Below are positions 1 through 10,100 of a stretch of 64,000 bases of DNA, piece after piece; the first letter of the stretch is position 1; each line of letters opens with the position of its first letter. The stretch spans positions 6,880,001 through 6,944,000 of the forward strand of contig CAVTTN010000002.1 of NCBI GenBank assembly GCA_963737655.1, in the 5' to 3' direction. The position numbers and the translations under genes were made by a program. The notes beneath the pieces were generated by a model. That model searched no databases. It was not told where the DNA came from and saw only the letters and a program-made list of their open reading frames with translations. Source of the DNA: an uncultured Planctomycetota bacterium (GTDB lineage Bacteria > Planctomycetota > Planctomycetia > Isosphaerales > Isosphaeraceae).

Positions 1-632
1 AGACCGAGTTGATGAACGGGAACGACCGCGACCTGGCCCATTATTCCGAGGTCCTCGGCCTGATCCGCGCCCACGCGGCCACCCACGCCCGCCGCCACCT
101 GGTCCTCTGCGACTCGCACGTGCCCGGCGGCGGGCTGGTCCGCGACGGGCGGCTGCTGATGGACTTCCACTCGTTCCCCCTGAGGATCAAGGAGGTCCCG
201 GATTCGCCCCAGAAGGCGGTCCTGGAGGCGGGATTCTCCGACAGCCTCTACGGGCGGAGCAAGGGCGGAGTCACGCCCAGCGGCTGGTCGTGCGAGCACT
301 TGCCCTACCTCGTCGAGCTCGACAACTGGGGGGCCAGCCGGCACCCGGGCGAGGCCGGGCAGGGCGGGATCTGGGTCTGGGGTTATGATGAAATCACCTG
401 GTTCGCCCACCAGCCGGAGGCCGTCCGGGCCTCATGGCTCCGCTACGCGAACGACTGGGTCCGCGCCACCGATCCAAACGGCCACCTCCAGATGCCCGGC
501 AGCCGCACTTTGAGGTCGCCCCTCGACGACAAGCGATGGTATTTCGCCAATCGCCCGAGCCCGGCCGTGCCCGAGGGCCTGGGGGACGAGGCGGCGATCC
601 GGGCGATCTGGGCGGACGATTCCAGTAAATGA
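1..632 (+). CDS. Hypothetical protein, C-terminal part (5' end outside window)
   Basis: Frame open from window start to TGA at 630-632; protein-like composition (VELDNWG, WVWGYDEITWFA); no family recognised. Confidence 0.7.
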   Translation, partial: TELMNGNDRDLAHYSEVLGLIRAHAATHARRHLVLCDSHVPGGGLVRDGRLLMDFHSFPLRIKEVPDSPQKAVLEAGFSDSLYGRSKGGVTPSGWSCEHLPYLVELDNWGASRHPGEAGQGGIWVWGYDEITWFAHQPEAVRASWLRYANDWVRATDPNGHLQMPGSRTLRSPLDDKRWYFANRPSPAVPEGLGDEAAIRAIWADDSSK

Positions 633-734
633 GGACCTGTCCCGCGGTCTTGATCCTTGCGGGGCCGCCGCCCAAGATGATCGGAGGGCGGCCCTCCACC
701 TCGCCGACTCGCCGAACCGCCTCCGAGGCCCTTG

Positions 735-1962
735 ATGGATGACGACGACTCGCTGACCTTCCTGGACGACGACGCCCCGGGCGAAGCCCCGGCCCCCCCG
801 GACGACGGGCCCGACCTCGTCATCGACGATTCCGACCGCTATTCCCGCCTGAGACTGATCCCCTGGTGGCGCCAGGAGCGACTGGCGGCGGCCCGGGTGC
901 TGGTCGTCGGCGCGGGCGCTCGGCAATGAGGTCCTGAAGAACCTGGCCCTTCTCGGCGTGGGCCGGACCGTCGTGATCGACCTGGATTGCGTCGAGCCGT
1001 CGAACCTCTCGCGATCGGTCCTGTTCCGGGCCGAGGACGGCGGCCAGCCCAAGGCGGAGGTCGCCGCCAGGCGCTCGATGGAGATCAATCCGGAGGTGGT
1101 CGTCTCGCCGATCCGGGGGGACGTGATCACCGACCTGGGCCTGGGCCTCTTCGCCGACGTGGACGTGGTCATCGGCTGCCTGGACAACCGCGAGGCCCGG
1201 CTCTGGGTCAATCGCCAGTGCTGGAAGGTCGGGACGCCCTGGGTGGACGCCGGGATCCAGGAGATCCAGGGCGTCGTCAAGGTGTTCGTCCCGCCCGATT
1301 CCGCCTGCTATGAATGCGCGATGACGGAAAAAGACTATCAATTGCTCAATCTTCGCTACAGTTGCCCGCTGCTCCGTCGCGAGGACATCCTGGCCGGCAA
1401 GGTGCCGACGGCGCCGACGATCGCCTCGATGATGGCGGCGATGGAAGTGCAGGAGGCGCTGAAGCTCCTCCACGGATTGCCCGTCCAGGCGGGTTCGGCC
1501 CTGGTGTTCAACGGAGTGACGAACCAGTTCTATTCGACGAAGCTGCCGTTCCGCGAGGACTGCCTGAGCCACGAGACCTATCCCGAGCCATCGGCGCTGG
1601 AAATCGGCCATTCGGCCACGGCCCGAGCGCTTTTTGACCTCGCCCGGCCGACCGTGGGAAGCCCGATGAGCCTGGCGCTGGACCGCGACCTCGTCACGTC
1701 GCTGGATTGCCCCCGGTGCGGGTGGCATCGGGAGGTCTTCCGCCCCCGGACCAAGGTCACGATGGCCGAGGCGGTCTGCCCGAAGTGCCGCGAAGGCGCG
1801 AGGCCGGAGGTCGTCGGCTCGATCGACGAAGGCTCGCCGCTGGCCGACCGGTCGCTGGCGGACCTGGGCGTCCCGGCTTACGATATCGTCCGGGTCGATG
1901 GGTCCGAGGGCAGCGGATTCTTCCTCCTGGCCGGCGACCGCGACGCCGCCTGGAAGTTGTGA
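735..1962 (+). CDS. ThiF/E1-like ubiquitin-activating-type adenylyltransferase with C-terminal Zn ribbon (apparent 2-bp frameshift at ~918-922)
   Basis: ORF 732-929 gives DRYSR...VLVVGAGA and ORF 958-1962 continues D.D.VEPSNLSR, GCLDNREAR, CYEC, RYSC (catalytic-Cys position), CPRC/CPKC. Restoring 'gc' in gcgggcgctcggcaatgag gives GAGALGNEVLKNL. Confidence 0.88.
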
Positions 1963-1974
1963 GGACGATCGATC

Positions 1975-2718
1975 ATGGCCACCGCGACGGAATCCACGAC
2001 GACGCCTCGTCCCTCGAAGATTGAGCCGGTCCCGGCCCTCCACAATGGCGACCGCCTGAGCGCCGCCGAGTTCGAGAGGCTCTATCGCGAGACGCCGACG
2101 AAATTCAAGGCCGAGCTGATCGAAGGAGTCGTGTACGTGGCCTCACCCGTCTCGAATTCTCATGGCTCATCGCACTTCGATGCCGCCGGATGGCTCCTGG
2201 TCTACAGGGCGTCAACGCCCGGGATCGTCGGTTCGGACAACGGGACGATCCGTCTCGATCTCGACAATCGGCCCCAACCCGACCTCCACCTGCGAATTAC
2301 CCCGGAGTACGGTGGCCGGGCCCGGCTGAGCGAGGATGATTACGTCGTCGGCGCCCCGGAGTTCGTCCTGGAGGCCTCGTTTTCCAGCGCCAGCTACGAC
2401 CTCCACGACAAACTAAACGCCTATCGCCGGAACGAGGTCCAGGAATACGTGGTCTGGAGGGTCGAGAACCGGGCGATCGACTGGTTCATCCTCCGGGACG
2501 GCCAGTATGAGCGGCTCCCGATCACGCCCGAAGGGCACTACCGAAGCGAAGTGCTGCCGGGCCTCTGGCTCGACCCCAAGGCGATGCTCGACGGCGACCT
2601 CGGGCGAGTCCTGGCGGTCCTCCACCTCGGCCTGGCCAGCCCGGATCATGCCCGGTTCGTGGCCGATCTGCGGGCCCGGATCGCTCCCGACCGCCCGGCC
2701 GGGGAGGCCCGCCCTTGA
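1975..2718 (+). CDS. Uma2 family (PD-(D/E)xK-like) endonuclease
   Basis: L.NGDRL...EF, ELIEGVVY, PQPD, GAPEFVLE..S...YDLHDKL..Y. Confidence 0.88.
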   Translation: MATATESTTTPRPSKIEPVPALHNGDRLSAAEFERLYRETPTKFKAELIEGVVYVASPVSNSHGSSHFDAAGWLLVYRASTPGIVGSDNGTIRLDLDNRPQPDLHLRITPEYGGRARLSEDDYVVGAPEFVLEASFSSASYDLHDKLNAYRRNEVQEYVVWRVENRAIDWFILRDGQYERLPITPEGHYRSEVLPGLWLDPKAMLDGDLGRVLAVLHLGLASPDHARFVADLRARIAPDRPAGEARP

Positions 2719-4145
2719 GCGACGAGGACATCCAGTTCGACGACGTGACCTATCGCGAGCCCCACAAGGCCCGGCGGCCGGACTTCGAGCGCAAGCTCGC
2801 CTGCTCGGCCTACATGGTCCCCGGCGCGATCGACTTGCCCATCTTCCTCGACCTCGAGCCGGCCGACGCGATCGAGCGCCACGCCCTGCGCGACGTCTCG
2901 GTCGAGCTCGGCGGCATCCTCCTGGGCAAGGAGTGCATCGACGAGGAGACGGGCCGCCCGTTCGTCTGGGTCACCGAGTCGATCGAGGCGAAGCATTACG
3001 AGAACACCCAGGCGAGCTTCACGTATACTCACGACTCCTGGGAGGAGATCACCCGCGAGCGCGACGCGAAGCATCCCGACCTGGACATCGTGGGCTGGTA
3101 TCACACCCACCCGGATTTCGGGATCTTCCTCTCGGGTCATGACCTGTTCATCCATCACAATTTCTTCGCCCAGCCGCTGCAGGTCGCGTATGTGGTGGAC
3201 CCGATCCGCCAGACTCGCGGGTTCTTCCAGTGGCGGGACGGGCAGATGGTCCAGGTCGGCGGGTTCCACCTGACGGCCCCCCGGGCCGATCGGCCGAAGC
3301 TCGCGAGGTTCGTCAACGAGCTGGAAGGGCTCCCCTCCGCCGACGGCGGCGGAGGGTCCGGGATGTCCCCCCGACTGGAGGCCGAGCTGATCGCCATGCT
3401 TTCGCGACCCCACACCGTGGCGGCGGCGACCGATCGGTCGCAGACGGCCGCGATCTTCACCCTGATCGGGGTGTTCCTGGCGTCCCTGGTCTTCGCCGGG
3501 GCCTACTGGCTCCAGACGATCGGCAAGGGGGTGCAGGACCAGGCCAAAGCGATCGAGATGCTGGCCCAGGCCCAGGAAAAGGCGGCGGCGGCCTCGGAGA
3601 AGTCGCTGGGCTCCGAGCGCGTCCGCGCCAAGGAGGAGGCGCTCGACTCGCTCCTCAGAGACGTGAAGATCGACCCCGCCGCCTCGCCCGCGAAGGTCCT
3701 CTCCCGCCTGACCGAGGCGAACGCGAAGAAGGACGAGGCCGTCCGGGCGATGGAGAGGATTCGCACGGAGAAGGAGGCGCTCGTCGACAAGGCCACGGCC
3801 CTCGACGGCCAGCTCCGGCTCCGGGAGCGGGAGTACGAGAACAACCTGGCGAAGGTCCAGGAGGACGAGAAGAGGGCCCGGGCCGAGCAGGAGAGGCTGG
3901 AGGGGGAGGTCGATTCGCTCAAGAAGGACCTCGAGGCCAAGGCCGGGGTGATCCAGGACGACAAGACCGGCGAGCTCCTCCGCCGGTACAACTGGTCGTG
4001 GTATCTCGCGCTGATCGGCTGGATCGGCTTCCTCCTCTGCGGGGTGGGCCTGGGGGCGGTGTTCGCCCGGCAGTCGGAGGAGGCGGAATCGCGGTCCCGG
4101 GAGGTGGCGAGCCACGATCCCGAGCCTCCCCACCAGATCACCTGA
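2715..4145 (+). CDS. JAB/MPN+ (Mov34) metallo-isopeptidase with two TM helices flanking a coiled coil
   Basis: ELGGILLG ... VGWYHTHPDFGIFLSGHD (JAMM motif); hydrophobic segments AAIFTLIGVFLASLVFAGAYW and WYLALIGWIGFLLCGVGLGAVF; E/K-rich heptads between them; TTG start overlaps Uma2 stop. Confidence 0.9.
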   Translation: MSDEDIQFDDVTYREPHKARRPDFERKLACSAYMVPGAIDLPIFLDLEPADAIERHALRDVSVELGGILLGKECIDEETGRPFVWVTESIEAKHYENTQASFTYTHDSWEEITRERDAKHPDLDIVGWYHTHPDFGIFLSGHDLFIHHNFFAQPLQVAYVVDPIRQTRGFFQWRDGQMVQVGGFHLTAPRADRPKLARFVNELEGLPSADGGGGSGMSPRLEAELIAMLSRPHTVAAATDRSQTAAIFTLIGVFLASLVFAGAYWLQTIGKGVQDQAKAIEMLAQAQEKAAAASEKSLGSERVRAKEEALDSLLRDVKIDPAASPAKVLSRLTEANAKKDEAVRAMERIRTEKEALVDKATALDGQLRLREREYENNLAKVQEDEKRARAEQERLEGEVDSLKKDLEAKAGVIQDDKTGELLRRYNWSWYLALIGWIGFLLCGVGLGAVFARQSEEAESRSREVASHDPEPPHQIT

Positions 4146-4196
4146 GAGGCCCGAGCCCGAGAGCCCAAGAGGCGGCGGCCCTCGCCGGTTCCCCCC

Positions 4197-5480
4197 ATGA
4201 AGAGTGTCCTCCTGGCGATCGCGTTGGTCTTGCCGGGGGCCGACGCCCCGGCCGTCGCCCCTCCGCCCGCTCCCGACGCCTCGAGCACCGACCCCGTCCC
4301 GGTCCCCGAGCCGACGGCGAAGGCCGTCCGCTTCTACCGGACGAGGCTGGTCGTCTGGGCCGTGAGCTGGGCCTGGACGCTGGCCATCCCCCTGGTCCTG
4401 GTCGTCACCGGGCTGTCGGCGAGGCTCCGGGCGTTGGCCTGGAGGCTGGGTCGGCGCTGGTTCTTCGCCGTCACGCTCTTCGTCGTGATGTACCTGGTCC
4501 TCGCGTACGTCCTGACGCTCCCCCTGGCGTTTTATTCCGGGTTCTGGCGGCTCAAGCAGTACGAGCTCTCGACCGAGACGTTCGGCGAATGGCTGCTGGA
4601 TTCGCTGAAGGGGCTGGGCGTGGAGGTGGTCACGATCTCGGCCGTGGCGTGGATTCCCTGCCTGCTCCTGGAGAGGAGCCCGAGGCGGTGGTGGCTCTCC
4701 ACGACCCTGCTCTCGGTCCCGATCATGTTCGGCTTCATGTTCCTGGCGCCGATCGCGGTGGACCCGCTCTTCCACGACTTCCACCCCCTCCGGGACAAGG
4801 CCGCCGAGGCCGAGATCCTCGCCCTGGCCCGTCGCGCGGGGATCGACGACGGACGGATTTTCGAAGTGGACATGAGCAAGAAGACCTCATCCGTGAACGC
4901 CTATGTGAAGGGGTTCCTCGGGACCAAGCGAATCGTCCTGTGGGATACCCTGCTGGCGAAGCTCGACCGCCGCCAGGCCCTGTTCGTGATGGGGCACGAG
5001 ATGGGGCATTACGTGCTCGGGCACGTGGTCCGAAGCCTGTTGCTGGGGGCGGTCGGGCTGGGGATCGTCCTGGGGTTCGTCCACCTGGCGGGATCGGCGC
5101 TGATCCGCCGGTTCGGGCCTCGATGGAAGATCGACCGACTCGGCGACCTCGCCGCGTTGCCCTTGCTCCTGTTCCTCGGCCGGGCGTTCGTGCTGGCGGC
5201 GATGCCGATCGGGATGGCCTACAGCCGCTACCAGGAACACGAGGCCGACCGCTTCGCCCTGGAACTGACCCGGGACAACCACGCCGGCGCCTCGGGATTC
5301 GCGAAGATGCAGGACCAGAACCTCAGCTACCCGAGGCCGGACTGGCTCGCCCAACTGTGGATGTCCACGCATCCCTCGCCGGGTGAACGGATCGACTTCT
5401 GCAACACCTATCGCCCCTGGGCCGAGGGCAAGCCGCTCCGATACGCCTCGCTCTTCCAGGAACAGCCGCCAGCCCCGTAG
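4197..5480 (+). CDS. M48 family (Ste24/HtpX-like) integral membrane zinc metalloprotease
   Basis: NAYVKG, RIVLWDTLL, HEMGH, SRYQEHEADRFA, STHPS..ERI; multiple TM segments. Confidence 0.92.
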   Translation: MKSVLLAIALVLPGADAPAVAPPPAPDASSTDPVPVPEPTAKAVRFYRTRLVVWAVSWAWTLAIPLVLVVTGLSARLRALAWRLGRRWFFAVTLFVVMYLVLAYVLTLPLAFYSGFWRLKQYELSTETFGEWLLDSLKGLGVEVVTISAVAWIPCLLLERSPRRWWLSTTLLSVPIMFGFMFLAPIAVDPLFHDFHPLRDKAAEAEILALARRAGIDDGRIFEVDMSKKTSSVNAYVKGFLGTKRIVLWDTLLAKLDRRQALFVMGHEMGHYVLGHVVRSLLLGAVGLGIVLGFVHLAGSALIRRFGPRWKIDRLGDLAALPLLLFLGRAFVLAAMPIGMAYSRYQEHEADRFALELTRDNHAGASGFAKMQDQNLSYPRPDWLAQLWMSTHPSPGERIDFCNTYRPWAEGKPLRYASLFQEQPPAP

Positions 5481-5676
5481 GGTGCATGAAATGCACCATC
5501 CCGGCTTCGGCTCGCGTGGGATCGAAGATGGTGCATTTCATGCACCCTACGAATCCTGGGCGTCCCGTAGGGTGCATGAAATGCACCATCCCGGCTTCGG
5601 CTCGCGTGGGGTCGAAGATGGTGCATTTCATGCACCCTACGAATCCTGGCCGTCCCGTGGGGTGCATTGGATGCAC
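5477..5676. repeat. Cluster of GTAG-type REP palindromes (two 90-bp REPIN-like units plus a degenerate fifth REP)
   Basis: GTAGGGTGCATGAAATGCACC at 5477 and 5567; inverted copies GGTGCATTTCATGCACCCTAC at 5530 and 5620; degenerate GTGGGGTGCATTGGATGCAC at 5657. Confidence 0.9.
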
Positions 5677-5685
5677 TCGGGCGCC

Positions 5686-6516
5686 TCAGGCCGAGGTGCA
5701 TTGCTTGCTGGAGCAGCCGAAGGTGGAGCAGGCGCCGACGAACGTCCAGCAATCGCGGTGGAAGGGGGTCTTGCACGCGATGCAGACGACGTGGAGGCCG
5801 ACGATCGGGTCTCCGCAGACCTCGCATTGCGGAGGGCCGGCGTCTTCCTCGGCGGGCCCGGCCTCGACGATCTCGATCCCCTCGGCCAGCCGCGACGTCA
5901 CGCCGTGCTGGAGGCAGTCGTGGAGCTTCAACGCCGCTTTCACGGCCGAATCGAGCAGGAGGGCCTGCGTGCCGAGGTTCCGATCGACCTGGACCAGCAG
6001 CCTCTCCGGGTTGATCGACACCAGCATCCCGAACGGCGGGGCGAGCTTGCGGAGGTCGTCCACGGCTTGCCGGGCCTCGGCCGATCGGAGGAACTCGCGG
6101 GCCATGTCGGCGTCGTTGGCCTGGACGACGTACCCGCGGTCGAACTCCGGATGGCCGGCGCGGACCGGCCTCGTCCCTTTCGGGGGCTGAGGAGGCGCCG
6201 GTCGGCCGTATGGGGCCAGCTCGAACCGGAACGGCAAGCCCCGGGCGAACCGCGCGACGACCCGGGTCCTCGGCAACGCCGGCTGGCCCGCCACGACCGG
6301 GGCCAGCCCGACCCTCACGGTCGATCCCAGGTGGCTGAAGCTCACCGTCGGCGGATCGACCATCCCCCGGCTCTCGTATTTCCCGCCGTACCTCGCGGCG
6401 ATCAGGCGATAGGCCCGATGCCTCGTCCCGGTCAGCCCCGCCACCAGCCGGGAGGCCAGGCGGACGATCAGGTAGAGCACGAGGAAGACGACCCCCAGCC
6501 CGATGACCTCTTTCAT
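5686..6516 (-). CDS. Membrane-anchored protein with C-terminal prokaryotic RING finger (Prok-RING_1-like)
   Basis: N-terminal TM (VIGLGVVFLVLYLIV); C-terminal CEVC...CIAC..PFH..CW...GACSTFGC; ATG at 6516. Confidence 0.85.
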   Translation of the reverse strand: MKEVIGLGVVFLVLYLIVRLASRLVAGLTGTRHRAYRLIAARYGGKYESRGMVDPPTVSFSHLGSTVRVGLAPVVAGQPALPRTRVVARFARGLPFRFELAPYGRPAPPQPPKGTRPVRAGHPEFDRGYVVQANDADMAREFLRSAEARQAVDDLRKLAPPFGMLVSINPERLLVQVDRNLGTQALLLDSAVKAALKLHDCLQHGVTSRLAEGIEIVEAGPAEEDAGPPQCEVCGDPIVGLHVVCIACKTPFHRDCWTFVGACSTFGCSSKQCTSA

Positions 6517-6691
6517 GAGGGGTCCGCTCCTCGCCCTTTCGAAACTTCGAATCGCTCGCTCGCTCGATCGATCCGCGCGGAACGGATCGAGTGTAAGCCC
6601 CCGGACGAACCCGACGCAACGCCCGGGAGCCGCCATCGCTCCGCCGGCCCTTCCCAATCCGTCGCGGCCGGGTTACGATCCCCCTCCGGCC

Positions 6692-6719
6692 CCGAACCGA
6701 TCCGAACCGATCCGAACCG
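6692..6719. repeat. Short 10-bp tandem repeat (CCGAACCGAT x ~3) in divergent intergenic region
   Basis: ccgaaccgat ccgaaccgat ccgaaccg. Confidence 0.6.
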
Positions 6720-6739
6720 GCCGAGAAGGACGCCCGGCC

Positions 6740-7639
6740 GTGACCGACCCGAGCCCTCCGCCCAGCCAGGTCGCCGACTCGCCGGCCCTCGGTCGGTTGT
6801 TCGTCCTGGCCGCCGCGATCTTGTGGAGCGTCGGCGGGGTCGTGGCCAAGGGGCAGACGCTCCCTCCGATCGCCGTTTCGTTCTACCGGAGCTTGTTCGC
6901 CGGGCTGGCGCTCCTCCCGTTCGTCCCCCGGTCGCGATGGGCGTTCCGCCCGGCGATGGTGCCGCTCTCCCTGATCTTCGGCGCGATGATCGGCGTGTAC
7001 ATCGAGGCCATCGCCCGGACGACCGCCGCCAACGCGATCCTCCTCCAGTTCACGGCGATCGTCTGGACCGTGCCCGCCAGCCTTTTCTTGCTGAAGGAGC
7101 GGCCCGACCGGCGGAGCGTGGCCGGGATCGCCGTGGCGACGGTCGGCATCGCGATCATCCTCGCCTGGGGCCGAGGTGGCAAGCCGGGCGAAGGGCTGGG
7201 GATGCTCCTGGGCCTGGCCAGCGGGATCGGCTACGCCGCGGCGATCATCGGGATGAGGTCCATGAGGGACGTCGATCCGATCTGGCTGAGCGCCGTGACG
7301 AACCTCGGAGGCGCCCTGGCGCTGGGGGCCTTCGCCCTGGTCGCGATCGGCCCGATCCCCCTGCCGACGGGCCGGCAATGGCCCATGCTGATCGCCTTCG
7401 GGGTCGTCCAGATGGCGATCCCTTACGCCCTGTTCGCCCGGGGCCTGAAGTCGATCGGCGCCCCCGAGGCGGGCCTGATCTCGCTGCTGGAGCCGGTCCT
7501 GAACCCGATCTGGGTCGTCCTGGTCCACGGAGAGCGGCCCTCGACGTTCACGATCGTCGGCGGCCTCCTGTTGCTGGCCGGGGTGGCGGTCCGTTACGTG
7601 CCGTGGGGTCGTCAACCAAGGCCTGAAAACACCAAGTAG
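6740..7639 (+). CDS. DMT/EamA family transporter
   Basis: About 10 TM segments; TTAANAILLQFTA, LLKER, SLLEPVLNPIWV..GERPS; GTG start after AGAAGGA. Confidence 0.92.
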   Translation: MTDPSPPPSQVADSPALGRLFVLAAAILWSVGGVVAKGQTLPPIAVSFYRSLFAGLALLPFVPRSRWAFRPAMVPLSLIFGAMIGVYIEAIARTTAANAILLQFTAIVWTVPASLFLLKERPDRRSVAGIAVATVGIAIILAWGRGGKPGEGLGMLLGLASGIGYAAAIIGMRSMRDVDPIWLSAVTNLGGALALGAFALVAIGPIPLPTGRQWPMLIAFGVVQMAIPYALFARGLKSIGAPEAGLISLLEPVLNPIWVVLVHGERPSTFTIVGGLLLLAGVAVRYVPWGRQPRPENTK

Positions 7640-7782
7640 GGTGCATGCAATGCACCAATAACGCGGTGGCCATCGGCCACCCTCCGTTTCTCTCTCCCCA
7701 TTCCCGATAGAACGGGGAGACGGAGAGGATCAGGAGGGCGGCCGACGGCCGCCGCGTCGTTGGTGCATGGCATGCACCATAC
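7636..7782. repeat. REPIN-like element (inverted pair of GTAG REPs with extended internal arms)
   Basis: GTAGGGTGCATGCAATGCACC (7636-7656) and GGTGCATGGCATGCACCATAC (7762-7782); internal arms acgcggtggccatcggccaccctcc / ggagggcggccgacggccgccgcgt. Confidence 0.85.
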
Positions 7783-7800
7783 AGGACTGCCCGGGGCGGG

Positions 7801-10100
7801 TTACGAGGTGTACGGTCCGTACACGTTATTGCCCGAAGTCGAGGCCCGATTCAGGAGGAACCTCGTCCTCTGGATCGAGGCGGGGCCTCCGACGATCGCG
7901 ATGGCCCCGCCGAAGCCCTGTCCGGCCGCGCCCGGGGTGGTCCCCTGGCCTCCGGCGCCTCCGAGGGCGAGGTTCAGCGAGAAGAGGCTGTCGGTGACGA
8001 CCAGGCCGCTGGGATCGCCCGCGTAGGCGAAGATGCCCCCTCCGTAGGCGTCGCCGCCGGCCCCTCCCGCCCCGGTTGCCCCGCCATTGCCGCCCTTGCC
8101 GCCGAGCGCCGCGTCGGCGAGGAACGTGGAGGACGCGACGGTCACGCCTCCCGTGGTGAACGCCCCTCCATACGCGGCCCCTCCGGCCCCGCCGGCCCCC
8201 GAGCCGGCCCCGTTGCCGCCGTGGCCGCCGATCGCGACGTCGGCCGAGAACAGCGTGTTCGTGACCGACCCGGAAAGGCCGTCGAACGCGCCTCCCGAGG
8301 CGTAGCCGCCGGCCCCGCCGTCGCCGGTGCCCGAGGCGTTGCCGCCGTTGCCGCCGGTCGCCGAGTTGCCGAGGAACGAGGAGTTCGTCACCGAGCCGAC
8401 CGGCCCGGCGACCGCCCCTCCCGAGGCCGACCCTCCGGGGCCGCCGGGGCCGGCGTTGCCTCCGTGGGCCGAATTGCCCGCGAACGACGATCCCGAGATC
8501 GCCATCGAGCTGCCATAGAACTCGAAGATCGCCCCGCCCGTGGCCAGGTTGCCGTAGCCCCCGGCCGAGGTCGAGGCCCCGGTCGTCGCGGCATTGGCCA
8601 CGAACGAATCATTCTGGATCGTCGAGGAGCCATAGCCGCTGAGGACGATCGCCCCGCCCTGGCCCATCCCGCCGATCGGGCCGAGCCCCCGGCCGCCGAG
8701 TTGCCGGTGAAGCTCGTCCCGGAGACGGTCAGGGTCGCCGGGGGCCCGTAGGAGAAGCCCGCCGAGGCGGAGAGCGCCCCGCCCTGGGCGTAACCCCCCT
8801 GGCCGAACGCCGAGGAGGTGGCCTGGCCGACGGCCTGGTTGCCCGAGAACGACGAGTTGGAGACCGTCGTCGAGCCGAGGTCGCCCTGGACGTTCAGCCC
8901 GGCGCCGGTCGCGGAATACGATCCCGTCGCCGTGTTATTCACGAACGAGTCGCCCGAGACGGTCGTGGTCGGCGGCTGGGGGAAGAACCCGTAGACGAAC
9001 GACCGGCTCATCCCCGCGCCGGCGACCTGCTGGCCGACCACGGAGTTGTCGCGGAAGGTCGAGTTGGTGACGGTGGCCGCCGAGGCGTCCTCGATGAACA
9101 GGCCGCCCCCCCGGGCGAGCTGGGCCGTGGGGTTCGCCGCGCTGTTGCCGAGGAACGTGCTGCGATCGACGCTCGCCGTGCCCGAGAGGATCGCCACCGC
9201 TCCGCCCTGGGCGAAGTTCGGGTCGGTGTCGGTGTTGCCCCGGAACGTGCTGGAGGAGATCGTCACGGCCCCCTGATTGGCCTGGACCGCGCCGCCGAAG
9301 CCCGAGGAGAGGGAATTGCCCTCGAACCGGCTGCCCGAGATCGCGAGGTTCGCGGTGTCCGGCGTGTACCCGCCGTAGTACTCCAGGCCGCCGCCGACGT
9401 TGTTCGTGACGAGGGCCCCGGAGACCGTCAGGCTCCCGTTGCCCAGGAGGATGCCGCCGCCCCCCTGGGCCGTGTTTCCGGAGATCGTCCCCCCGGTGAT
9501 CGAGACGTTCAGGCCGTAGCTCTGGAACGCGCCTCCGCCGCTGGCCGAGTCGTTGAGGAAATTGGTGTTCACGATCGTGACGGTGTTGACCGGGCCGCTC
9601 GGGTTGTAGGGCGTCTCGGCGTCGACGCCTCCGCCGAAGCTCTGGGCGGTGCTGTCGCGGACCACGTCTCGCGAGAGCGTGAGGTTGGCCCCGTAGGTGT
9701 AGAGCGCCCCGCCGGAATACGGCGAATTGCCGTCGGCCAGGGTGAGGTCGGAGATGGCCACGTCGATCGTCGGGGCGCCCGGGCTGGAATCCTGCTGGAG
9801 GACCAGGATCGTGGACTTGCCGCCTCCGCTGATCGTCAGGTGATCGGCGCCGAGGCCGTCGATCGTCAGGCTCTTGCCGGTGCTGAAGATCGGGCCGGAT
9901 GTCAGGGTGATGGTCCGGTCGGTCAGGGTCGGCGAGAAGTTGATCAGGTCGCCCGAAGCGGCGGCGGCGACCTGGGCCCGGAGCGAGCCGGGGCCGTCGT
10001 CGGCCGTGGTGGTGACCGTCAGCGTGGAGAGCAGCTCGCGGGATTCCAGCCGGTCCATTCGCGGAGCGAAGCGCGCGAGGCGAGTCGAGGGCCTGGCCAT
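7801..10100 (-). CDS. Secreted beta-helix / Gly-rich repeat surface protein with planctomycete extracellular N-terminal motif (1-bp frameshift ~8680)
   Basis: RLESRELLS, TVTTTADDGPGSLR, repeated F.GN.A / GGA motifs; ORF 8388-10478 switches into ORF 7801-8667 at GNSAAGGS-G-PIGGMGQGG. Confidence 0.8.

Noticed and set aside
735..1962. Programmed frameshifting or pseudogene status of E1 and the other split genes
   Set aside because: No slippery heptamers seen, and the same indel pattern hits essential pgsA and addA; sequencing error is more parsimonious
5477..5676. CRISPR array
   Set aside because: Repeats alternate in orientation, the 'spacers' are identical between units, no cas genes are present, and the same motif is dispersed at 7636 and 13345: REP/REPIN, not CRISPR
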